Positions 40,782 to 49,171 of a DNA stretch of 64,000 bases are shown here, piece by piece. A program made the translations under genes and the position numbers. Source of the stretch: Eubacteriales bacterium (GTDB taxonomy: Bacteria > Bacillota > Clostridia > Oscillospirales > CAG-272); NCBI GenBank assembly GCA_045636465.1, contig JAZTXP010000064.1, positions 354 to 64,353 of the forward strand, given 5' to 3'. Below the pieces are notes generated by a model. It was not told the origin of the DNA. It did no database searches and saw only the letters and a program-made list of their open reading frames with translations. Position 1 is the stretch's first letter. Each line of letters starts with the position of its first letter.

Positions 40782-41372
40782 TCAGGAGAACAGCGAGCTT
40801 ACAAATATCTCGATGCCGATGCAAATCAGGATGATACCGCCGAAAACAGTAGCCTTGCCTGCTATCTTGTTGCCGAAGGTCTTGCCGATATAAATGCCGC
40901 CGAGGCAGAGACCGAAGGTGATGGCACCGATGATGATGACAGAGACCAATGCTTCGATGAAGCTATGGTGGGCAATGGTAAAGCCTACCGAAAGGGCATC
41001 TATAGAGGTCGCTATTCCCTGAAGGATGATAGCCTTGGTGGTAAGCTCTGTGCCGGTGCATTCCTCGCATTCGTCATGCCTGCCCTCGTAGATCATTTTA
41101 CCGCCTATGAAGGAAAGCAAGCCGAGAGCTATCCAGGGGATAAGCACCGAGAAGCCGTTGAACACTTCGATTATGGTATGTACGCATATCCAGCCGATAA
41201 GAGGCATAAGACCCTGGCAAATGCCGAAGGTGCCCGCTATTTTGATGCTTTTTTTCTTGCACATGCAGGGCTCTGTAAGTCCGTCTGCCAAGGATACGGT
41301 AAAGGCGTCCGCCGCAAGACCGACTCCTAAAAGGACACTGTTAAAGAAAAATAAAAAATCAAAGTTCATCAC
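40782..41372 (-). CDS. mntP: Manganese efflux pump MntP
   Basis: GLAADAFTVS, FGICQGLMP, ATSIDALSVG; yybP-ykoY riboswitch upstream. Confidence 0.93.
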   Translation of the reverse strand: MMNFDFLFFFNSVLLGVGLAADAFTVSLADGLTEPCMCKKKSIKIAGTFGICQGLMPLIGWICVHTIIEVFNGFSVLIPWIALGLLSFIGGKMIYEGRHDECEECTGTELTTKAIILQGIATSIDALSVGFTIAHHSFIEALVSVIIIGAITFGLCLGGIYIGKTFGNKIAGKATVFGGIILICIGIEIFVSSLFS

Positions 41373-41573
41373 GTTTCTCCTGTTAAATCCTATATTTTGA
41401 AAATAATTATTGACATTTTTGACTATTTTTCGCTATTTTCTGCATTAAACACTTTGCAGGGCTATGCCCTCGAAAAAACAAAAAATGTATAGCCGCAAGA
41501 CTATACACGAAAAAAGAAAAAGAGGTAGTTCATGTATAGCTAGAATAAGATATGATAGGCATACCTTAGCGAT

Positions 41574-41660
41574 ACATGAGTCTTGCAAATTAAACCAAGC
41601 CAGGCGGGAAGCCAGTATGTTGACTTGGTACGCCGCGCGGCGCCTACTACTCCCTCATAC
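41574..41660 (-). ncRNA. yybP-ykoY manganese riboswitch
   Basis: ATGAGGGAGTAG...GTCAACATACT...CTGG...GCAAGACTCAT upstream of mntP. Confidence 0.88.
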
Positions 41661-41667
41661 GTGGGGT

Positions 41668-41696
41668 ATTATACCACTAAAGGGTAATTTTGTCAA
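41668..41696 (-). promoter_or_regulatory. Sigma-A promoter (mntP)
   Basis: Perfect TTGACA-N17-TATAAT. Confidence 0.88.
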
Positions 41697-41746
41697 GTGA
41701 TTTCCAAAACTTTTTTTGCATTTAATAAAATACTTTCAAAATTAAC

Positions 41747-41775
41747 TTGACATCTGCGTTATTTTGTGGTAGAAT
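41747..41775 (+). promoter_or_regulatory. Sigma-A promoter (tRNA-Gln)
   Basis: TTGACA-N17-TAGAAT. Confidence 0.8.
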
Positions 41776-41810
41776 ATACAGGCTGAAATTTGATGAGGGC
41801 AGGAAGATAC

Positions 41811-41900
41811 ATTATGTTTTCGCTGCGCTCAAAAATGATGTAGACTTCGTCCAATGATGTTGACCTGACTGTCAAATTATGTTTTCGCTGCGCTCAAACA
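41811..41900 (+). repeat. AATGATGT/ATTATGT-led unit array in the tRNA leader
   Basis: ATTATGTTTTCGCTGCGCTCAAA twice, flanking two AATGATGT+hairpin units. Confidence 0.7.
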
Positions 41901-41903
41901 TAT

Positions 41904-41978
41904 AGGGGTATAGCCAAGCGGTAAGGCAAGGGACTTTGACTCCCTCACTCGTAGGTCCGAATCCTGCTACCCCTGCCA
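41904..41978 (+). tRNA. tRNA-Gln(TTG)
   Basis: AGGGGTA/TACCCCT acceptor stem, AGGGA-CT TTG AC-TCCCT anticodon arm, encoded CCA; T-loop reads TCCGAAT. Confidence 0.93.
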
Positions 41979-42164
41979 ACAAAACACCTCCCATTTTTGG
42001 GGGGTGTTTTTGTTGGCTATGGGTAGATTGGATTCGACCTATCTCGCTTCAGCGAGATGTAGGTTCGCATTCTCCGCGCAGAGCGCGTCAAGCTCTCTTG
42101 TAAGCGGCAAGCGTGAGAATATTCGCCATCGGCGAATACCCTGAGTTGTTTTGCCTGCGGCAAA

Positions 42165-42210
42165 AAATTAGAAATTAGAAATGAGAAATTAGGAATTAGA
42201 AATTGAAATG
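42165..42210 (+). repeat. Heptamer tandem repeat AGAAAT(T/G)
   Basis: aattagaaattagaaatgagaaattaggaattagaaattgaaatg. Confidence 0.75.
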
Positions 42211-42301
42211 TCTTTTAAGAAAAAAGCCATTTTAATTTAGTTTGATCAGCTTTGAAATAATCAATCATAATACGAGCCCGGGCTCATTCGAATCAAAGCT
42301 C

Positions 42302-42330
42302 TTGACTTCGTTTACTCTTTATGCTACAAT
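42302..42330 (+). promoter_or_regulatory. Sigma-A promoter
   Basis: TTGACT-N17-TACAAT with extended TG. Confidence 0.7.
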
Positions 42331-42364
42331 TAGTACAGGTAAAACTTGTCTATAGGAGCTAATC

Positions 42365-44125
42365 ATGAAAGAATACAAACATTATATTTTTGATTTTGAT
42401 ATGACGTTATTTGACACAATGCAAGGAATGAAGCAATGCTATAAATCTGCATTTGATGCAATAAACGTAGATTATGATGAAGAAAAGCTCCCCTTGTTTT
42501 TGGGAGAAGATTTACGCGATACCTATCATAGATACGCGGAGGATGATTCGCAGTTTTCATGCTTTGAAAATGCATTTCTAACGACATCTAAAGAATATAT
42601 GTGCAACAGTTCCTTAATATACAATGATACCTATGCGACAATCGTTCAATTATTTGATTGCGGAAAAAGGCTATCTATCGCAACGGGAAAGCCGAAGGAT
42701 CGCGTCATTGAAATATTGAAAAAGCATAATTTAGATTGTTACTTTGACTATATTTGCGGTTATGGAGACTATTCCAATCCCAAGCCATCGCCTGAATCAA
42801 TAGAAAAATGTATAGAGCAAACCAATATATCAAAAGAGGATACTGTATATGTAGGTGATAGTGATAATGATATGCTTGCTGCTGCTCAAGCCCGCATAGA
42901 TGGTTTTCGCATTTATCGAGATGACATAAATACATCTACTCCGATCAATTCTCCATCCACGATTAATTCCTTGCTGGAATTATTACGAAATTTTAATTTG
43001 TGTATATTTACAGTCAGCACAACTCAATATGATGTGTTTGAAAGTAAAAATTCTACAAAGCTTTTGCAAAATTACTGCTTAGCAAACAACTATCAGCTAA
43101 TACGGCAAGATAGTTTTCAATGCCATATAAAAATAAGCAAAGCTTATGACATGTTTATTAACCTATATGGAACAATTGTAATTACAGAGCAAATTCCGTG
43201 CGACGGTCTATCTGCAGAAGATACATTGTCACTAAAAGAGAAGATTTGCCGAGATAATTTATCAAAAAGTGACTCTGCGGTACAAAAAATATTTTACAAC
43301 TATGATAATTGGGCAAAAAGCGTAGTAAAGAAAAATCAAAAAAAGGAATCTAAAATTGCATATACTCTGGTATGTTATTTTTGTCAAGTACACATCCAAA
43401 ATTTAGTAAAATACTGCTCATACACCGCAAAAGAAATACTTTTCTTATTGATGAAATATGCTCCCAATATTACAGAAGATAACAATAATAAAAGCCTGAT
43501 GTATCTCCTCAAGTCAAAAGATATTCCATTCACTGAAATTAATAATTGTAACATGGTTTCTGCATTATGGGGATCTCGCATATTCGTTACCACTGATAAC
43601 AACATCAAATTTTTCCATGAATATATTGAAGAAGAAAAAACAACGCAAAATTTATGGATGTTGCTGAATGCCAACAATAAAATAATCAGCACCAAAGAAA
43701 ATATAACGTCAGATTCACACTCCTTGGTAACTTCGATGTATGAGGTCATATCTTATGAAGAAAACGTAAAATATATCAATGCGTTACGAAAGCATAGATA
43801 TCAGCTGGAAATATCAGAACTTTTATCTAACACGGCTAACTTAACCGTCATGGAAGAGTACTTTAACAAAAAGGTAAAAATTATCGAGCAAAAGATCGCT
43901 ATTGAATCCAGTAAACGCGATAAAGAAAACGATTTCAAAATGAATATTTCCTTGTTTGTTTTAACCGTAATAAGTAGTATTTCTGCAGTATTTCAAGTGA
44001 TTAATTATTGGAATGAATCTCCGGCTAACAATAAATCATCAGTGATATGGTGTATAATTCTATGCATTATAATAACACTTTTTTGGGGCATACGTTTTAT
44101 TGCTAATAAAATTCACAAAAAATAG
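42365..44125 (+). CDS. HAD phosphatase fused to a CorA-like coiled-coil + 2-TM domain; AT-rich
   Basis: DFDMT, ATGK, KP and GDSDND in aa 1-210; long helix, then NISLFVLTVISSISAVF and VIWCIILCIIITLFW. Confidence 0.75.
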   Translation: MKEYKHYIFDFDMTLFDTMQGMKQCYKSAFDAINVDYDEEKLPLFLGEDLRDTYHRYAEDDSQFSCFENAFLTTSKEYMCNSSLIYNDTYATIVQLFDCGKRLSIATGKPKDRVIEILKKHNLDCYFDYICGYGDYSNPKPSPESIEKCIEQTNISKEDTVYVGDSDNDMLAAAQARIDGFRIYRDDINTSTPINSPSTINSLLELLRNFNLCIFTVSTTQYDVFESKNSTKLLQNYCLANNYQLIRQDSFQCHIKISKAYDMFINLYGTIVITEQIPCDGLSAEDTLSLKEKICRDNLSKSDSAVQKIFYNYDNWAKSVVKKNQKKESKIAYTLVCYFCQVHIQNLVKYCSYTAKEILFLLMKYAPNITEDNNNKSLMYLLKSKDIPFTEINNCNMVSALWGSRIFVTTDNNIKFFHEYIEEEKTTQNLWMLLNANNKIISTKENITSDSHSLVTSMYEVISYEENVKYINALRKHRYQLEISELLSNTANLTVMEEYFNKKVKIIEQKIAIESSKRDKENDFKMNISLFVLTVISSISAVFQVINYWNESPANNKSSVIWCIILCIIITLFWGIRFIANKIHKK

Positions 44126-44480
44126 ATTTACAAGCTTAAAAATAGCGATAAAATACGCTGTAGATACCAATTTGCCTCATTAAACATACAATTCTTTTAA
44201 TTACACATAAGTGTTACTCTACTAAAGCCCTATAATAAAAAACGAGATCTGATGTAAACACGCGGACCTCGTTTTTTCTTCGCCACCTAAATATTATTAA
44301 CCTTCCCTCCCCTTCGTAACTTTACGCGCTGGTGGATGCGAGGATTTTATATATTCTTTATATATTTTCTTGATAGGACTTGAAAAAGCGTGGAAAATCT
44401 GCTATAATGGTATCGGTGAAGATTTTGCTTTGGCAAGATTTACAAAAAACACAGTGCAAAGTCACGAGAAAGGAGTTAGC

Positions 44481-44924
44481 ATGAAGCTCATAGTTTGTAT
44501 GGACCCGCGGGGCGGTATGATGTTCAACAAGAGAAGAACCACGTCCGACGTGGTTGTGACCGCTGATATTCTCCGCGAGAGCGCTGATTCAAAGCTTCTT
44601 ATTGCTCCCTATTCCGAGAAGATTTTCAAGACCTGCGAGGCTGAGGGCTATGCGCCCCACGGTGGCGCGGTCTACACCGTTACCGACGATCCCGTCAGCG
44701 AGGCGAAAACCTCCGACACGGTATTTATTGAAAATATGAGCGCCGCAGAAAGGCTTTCGGATATTGATACTATTGTCATTTATAACTGGAGCGAAATCTA
44801 CCCATTCGACTATACCTTTGATATTGATCCTCGCAAGGAGGGATTCCAGCTTGAAGAGCAATATGAATTTCCCGGATATAATCACGATATCGTGACAAAA
44901 GAGGTTTATAAGCGAGAAAAGTAA
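44481..44924 (+). CDS. Conserved clostridial protein with a DHFR-like N-terminus
   Basis: MKLIVCMDPRGGMMFNKRR...IYNW...YPFD...EFPG; AGGAG RBS. Confidence 0.6.
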   Translation: MKLIVCMDPRGGMMFNKRRTTSDVVVTADILRESADSKLLIAPYSEKIFKTCEAEGYAPHGGAVYTVTDDPVSEAKTSDTVFIENMSAAERLSDIDTIVIYNWSEIYPFDYTFDIDPRKEGFQLEEQYEFPGYNHDIVTKEVYKREK

Positions 44925-45138
44925 ATTAATATTTACATTTTCCTCGCATTTTTGATCATTACAAAAAAGTTGCAGATAAGAGCATTTTTAATATTTCGGC
45001 TTCGACATCTGCGGTCGAATAAAAAGCAACATTGATATTTCTACTTCTATAGAGAGTCTCGATTGTAAAACAACTTTGATATTTTGGCTCTGATGGAGAG
45101 CTCTAAATATAAAAACAAAATTCATTAAGGAGAGTAAA

Positions 45139-48100
45139 ATGAAACTTACAGCAAAAATTACTTCTATCATTGCGCTCCTCCTGACGCTGACTATGGTTCT
45201 TACCGGTTGCTCAGCTCTTGAGGACATCCTGAATCAGATTCTTGGCGGCACTGATAATCCGCCCGCAAACGATGATCCCTCAGGATACACTATCAGCGCA
45301 GAAAACCAGGACGGATTACTGTATTTCTCCGGCTCTGTTACAGACGGCAGGTTTGACGGCGTTTACAGAGATACCTTCGCAACTCTCGTTAACCTTACTG
45401 AGGTTGATGGCGGTTACATCATCCACTTTGTGGATAAGGAAGAGAAAACTCAGTATATCGTAATCAGCGATATGGCTGCAGGCGCGGCTCTTACCGAGGA
45501 CAAATTCGAGGCTACCATCTTCGAGTGGAATGCTGAGCTTGAGACCTACGTTGTTGCAGATGATTCCAACAACCGCGCATTTGGAGTTGGTAAGACATCT
45601 ACATATACAACCTTCTCTTGCTACGACGTTTCTAACACCACCTACAACTATGCAAAGTTCACACCCGTAAACAACCCCACTATTGAAAAGGGCGAGGGCG
45701 GTAAGCCCACCGGCGGTAATGGCGGAAACGGCGGCTCTACAGGCGGTAACGGTGGCACTACAGATAACTTCGGCGTTATCGAGGCTCCCGTAGTTGGCAC
45801 TGCTTACAAGTTTGGTATGGTTCAGGGCAACCTTGACAATACCATCTACTACCTTGCAGGCGGTATGGACGGCTACTATATGGCTACTACAGTAAACGTA
45901 GCTGATGCTATTGACGTTTACATTGAGGAAGTTAACGGCGGCTATCACCTTTACTGCATGGTTGGCGGCGCAAAGACTTACATCAACTTTGTTGTTTCCG
46001 GCACACACGTTAACGGCGCTTACGAGACAACCGCTACTACAGTTTATAGATACGATACAGAGAGTAAGACTCTTATCGCAGAGGTTGAGGGCGAGGATTA
46101 CTGGCTTGCAACAAGAAACGATAAAACATACACCACAATGGGTCCCTGCAAGACCTCTTACGAGGGCTTCTACGGTCAGTTCTACGGCGTAGGCGGCACT
46201 ACCGGCGGTAACACAGGTAACGGTGGCTCTACCGGCGGCAACCAGGGCGGTAACACAGATAGCTTTGGCGTTATCGAGGCTCCCGTGGTTGGTACTGCAT
46301 ACAAGTTCGGTATGGTACAGACTGCTGCAGGCGGTACATACTACCTTGCAGGCGGTATGAACGGCTTCTACATGGTAACAACCACAAACCCTGACGAGGC
46401 TATTGACGTTTATCTCGAAGAGGTAAGCGGTGGATACCATCTCTACTGCATGCTTGGCGGCGCAAAGACTTACATCAATGCGACACAGGTAACAGGCACA
46501 GACGGCAAGGAGCATGTTAACGGCACTTACGATGCTACTGCTTCTACAGTTTATACATACGACTCTACTCTTAAGACTCTTGTAGTTACTCTTGGCGATG
46601 CAACATACGCATTCGGTACAAGAAGCGACAAGACCTACACCACAGTTGGTCCTTGCGATATTTCCAAGGATAACTTCCTTTGCCAGTTCTACGGTGAGGG
46701 CGGCACTACCGGCGGTAACGGCGGCTCTACAGGTGGCAACAACGGTAACGAAGGTGGCAACGCCGGCAATGAAGGTGGCAACCAGGGCACGGTAACACCC
46801 GTAGCAGGCGACAAGTACATCATCAGCGCAAACAATGCAAACAGCACCCTCTACTTCAAGGGTACTGTTACAAGCGGCAGATTCGACTGCTCTACCAACA
46901 AGGCAGACGCGGTTGAGGTTACCGTTTCCACAGTTGATGGCGGATTCGTTCTCTCCTTCCAGATGGGCGGCGCTACTCAGTACATCGTAATGGCAGACTC
47001 CTCCTCAGGCGGCAGCTTCACCACTAACGCATCTGAGGCTACCGTTTTCGAGTGGAATGCAGAGCTTTCCACATATATGGTTGCTGAAGACGGAAACAGC
47101 CGCGCATTCGGCGCAGGAATTGACTCCACATATACTAACTTCTCCGCATACGATGCAAGCTCTGCTGCAAACGCAGGCAAGTATAACTGGGGCGTGTTCA
47201 CCAAGGTTGGCACATCCGAGGGTGGCAACACCGGTAACGAAGGTGGTAACACCGGCAGCGGCAACGAGGGTAACCCCTTCGAGGGCGGCTTTGAGCTTGG
47301 TCTTGTTCCTGCTTACGACAAATCCTTCGGCGGATACTACGTAATCAACAATAACACTCCCTACTTCACAGCAGATGAAATCGCTACTGCAAAGGCAGGC
47401 TGCTTCGAATACTACGCGACTCGCGATAATCTCGGCAGAGCAATAATGGCTTACGCTTGCGTATGCAATAACACACGTCCCAACGATTCAAGAGGTGATA
47501 TCTCCTCCGTTAAGCCTACCGGTTGGGTACAGAAGACCTACGATATCGTTCCCGGCGGCTCGCTTTACAACCGTTCTCACCTTATCGCTTGGTCTCTTAC
47601 AGACGAGGATGCTAACTGGGAAAACCTTATAACAGGTACAGAAAATATGAACCAGAAGGTTATGACTCAGTTTGAAAACCAGATTCTCTCCTATATAAAG
47701 GCAAATAACTCCAACAAGGTTCTTTACAGAGTTACACCTATCTACAACGGCAATAACCTTGTTTGCACAGGTATTCTCCTTGAGGCTTACTCTCTTAACG
47801 ATAACGGCGAGGATATCTCATTCTGCGTATTCCTCTACAACGTTCAGCCCGGCATTTCCATTAACTATGCTAACGGTCAGAGCGAGCTTGGCGACGAGGC
47901 AGGCAAGAACAGCGGTCTTGGTACAACAAGCGGCGGTAACACAGGTAACGAGGGCGGTAACCAGGGTGGCACAACCGTTACTCCTGTGGCAGGCGGCTCT
48001 TACTACGTTCACGTAACTAACGGTAACGGAACACTCTATTTGAACGGCTCAATCACCGGCGGAAGATTTGACGGTACTTACGAAAAGTCCGAGGCTGCAA

Positions 48101-48648
48101 AGGTAACAGTTTCCACAGTAGAGGGCGGATATCTTCTTTCCTTCGGCTCTGAATACATCGTTATCGGCGATACATCCTCCGGCGCATCGCTTACAAGCGA
48201 TCCTTCCTTGGCAACTGTTTTTGAATGGAATACTTCTCTTAATACCTACGTTGTTGCTGAAGATTCCAACAATCGCGGATTCGGCGCAGATGCTACGGTA
48301 ACAAAGTATAATAACGTTTCCACATACGACGTGTCTAATACACAGTACAACTGGGGCGTATTTACATCTGTTGACGGCTCCTCTACTCCCGATAGCGGCA
48401 ATCAGGGCGGCAATACAACTGTTCCCGATGATAACACAGGAAATGGCAACACCGGCTCTGACAACGAGGATACTTACACCTTCGTGCTTAACACAAGCTC
48501 TAAGAAGATCCACGATCCCGGCTGCGGAAGCGTTTCCACCATGTCCGAAAAGAACAAGAAGGAATGGTGTGGTACTTACGCCGAGCTTCAGGAGCTTCTC
48601 TCCGGAGGCTACACTACCTGCGGAACCTGCAAGCCTGCAGTTGAATAA
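45139..48648 (+). CDS. Lipoprotein DNA/RNA non-specific endonuclease with repeated accessory domains and a C-terminal Zn-binding module
   Basis: Lipobox LTGC; DNLGR, YNRSHLI, NLITGT..MN, YRVTPIY, YNVQPG; KIHDPGC...CGTC. Confidence 0.85.
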   Translation: MKLTAKITSIIALLLTLTMVLTGCSALEDILNQILGGTDNPPANDDPSGYTISAENQDGLLYFSGSVTDGRFDGVYRDTFATLVNLTEVDGGYIIHFVDKEEKTQYIVISDMAAGAALTEDKFEATIFEWNAELETYVVADDSNNRAFGVGKTSTYTTFSCYDVSNTTYNYAKFTPVNNPTIEKGEGGKPTGGNGGNGGSTGGNGGTTDNFGVIEAPVVGTAYKFGMVQGNLDNTIYYLAGGMDGYYMATTVNVADAIDVYIEEVNGGYHLYCMVGGAKTYINFVVSGTHVNGAYETTATTVYRYDTESKTLIAEVEGEDYWLATRNDKTYTTMGPCKTSYEGFYGQFYGVGGTTGGNTGNGGSTGGNQGGNTDSFGVIEAPVVGTAYKFGMVQTAAGGTYYLAGGMNGFYMVTTTNPDEAIDVYLEEVSGGYHLYCMLGGAKTYINATQVTGTDGKEHVNGTYDATASTVYTYDSTLKTLVVTLGDATYAFGTRSDKTYTTVGPCDISKDNFLCQFYGEGGTTGGNGGSTGGNNGNEGGNAGNEGGNQGTVTPVAGDKYIISANNANSTLYFKGTVTSGRFDCSTNKADAVEVTVSTVDGGFVLSFQMGGATQYIVMADSSSGGSFTTNASEATVFEWNAELSTYMVAEDGNSRAFGAGIDSTYTNFSAYDASSAANAGKYNWGVFTKVGTSEGGNTGNEGGNTGSGNEGNPFEGGFELGLVPAYDKSFGGYYVINNNTPYFTADEIATAKAGCFEYYATRDNLGRAIMAYACVCNNTRPNDSRGDISSVKPTGWVQKTYDIVPGGSLYNRSHLIAWSLTDEDANWENLITGTENMNQKVMTQFENQILSYIKANNSNKVLYRVTPIYNGNNLVCTGILLEAYSLNDNGEDISFCVFLYNVQPGISINYANGQSELGDEAGKNSGLGTTSGGNTGNEGGNQGGTTVTPVAGGSYYVHVTNGNGTLYLNGSITGGRFDGTYEKSEAAKVTVSTVEGGYLLSFGSEYIVIGDTSSGASLTSDPSLATVFEWNTSLNTYVVAEDSNNRGFGADATVTKYNNVSTYDVSNTQYNWGVFTSVDGSSTPDSGNQGGNTTVPDDNTGNGNTGSDNEDTYTFVLNTSSKKIHDPGCGSVSTMSEKNKKEWCGTYAELQELLSGGYTTCGTCKPAVE

Positions 48649-48868
48649 TTTCAAAGCTTTTTAACAATAGGATTAATAGCTCAAAGGCTATAAATTCAAA
48701 ACAGAATAAAAAGAGATAACAGATCTGTTTGTAGATTAAACGTTATCTCTTTTTCTGTTTTTTAAATGAATTATTTCACCATATATTAGTAAAATTCAAT
48801 ATTTTGAGGTAAACTTCTTTGCTTTTTTGACTTTTCTTAAAATTTTTGGGCTTTTGAAAAGAAAAATC

Positions 48869-48897
48869 TTGACAAGAAGGTATATTTATGGTAAAAT
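48869..48897 (+). promoter_or_regulatory. Sigma-A promoter
   Basis: TTGACA-N17-TAAAAT. Confidence 0.8.
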
Positions 48898-48929
48898 TAG
48901 TTCAATGTTTATATATATTTTAGATAATT

Positions 48930-49025
48930 CGTGAGGGAGTAGTCAGCGCAAGTATTGCGGAGCATTCTCAACATCGTGGCGAAGCACAGCTTCACCTGGG
49001 GTTGCTTGAAAAGACGAGACTCATG
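48930..49025 (+). ncRNA. yybP-ykoY manganese riboswitch
   Basis: GTGAGGGAGTAG...CTCAACATCG...CTGG...ACGAGACTCAT upstream of a P-type ATPase. Confidence 0.87.
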
Positions 49026-49059
49026 TGCTTTAAGTAAGGTCCACTCACGTTTATCACAT

Positions 49060-49100
49060 TCCCGAATGAGGCGCGAGTGACCCCTTTCGGGCTTTTTTAT
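49060..49100 (+). terminator. Riboswitch expression-platform terminator
   Basis: CCCGAA...TTCGGG-CTTTTTTAT between the aptamer and the CDS. Confidence 0.65.
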
Positions 49101-49171
49101 TTGCAAGAGCCCTTGTCACTTAGGTTTTTATTAAAATAAAATAAAACAAATCTTACAAGAGAGGTACAAAA

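Noticed and set aside
42040-42165. tRNA-associated HDV-like (theta) ribozyme
   Set aside because: I could not build the nested double pseudoknot; only simple hairpins are visible.
41978-44300. Integrative element or prophage at tRNA-Gln
   Set aside because: No integrase, and I found no direct repeat of the tRNA 3' end (attR) downstream.
44481-44924. True DHFR or ribonuclease Z
   Set aside because: No metallo-beta-lactamase HxHxDH motif, and no DHFR IG..xxPW or GG motifs; left unassigned.
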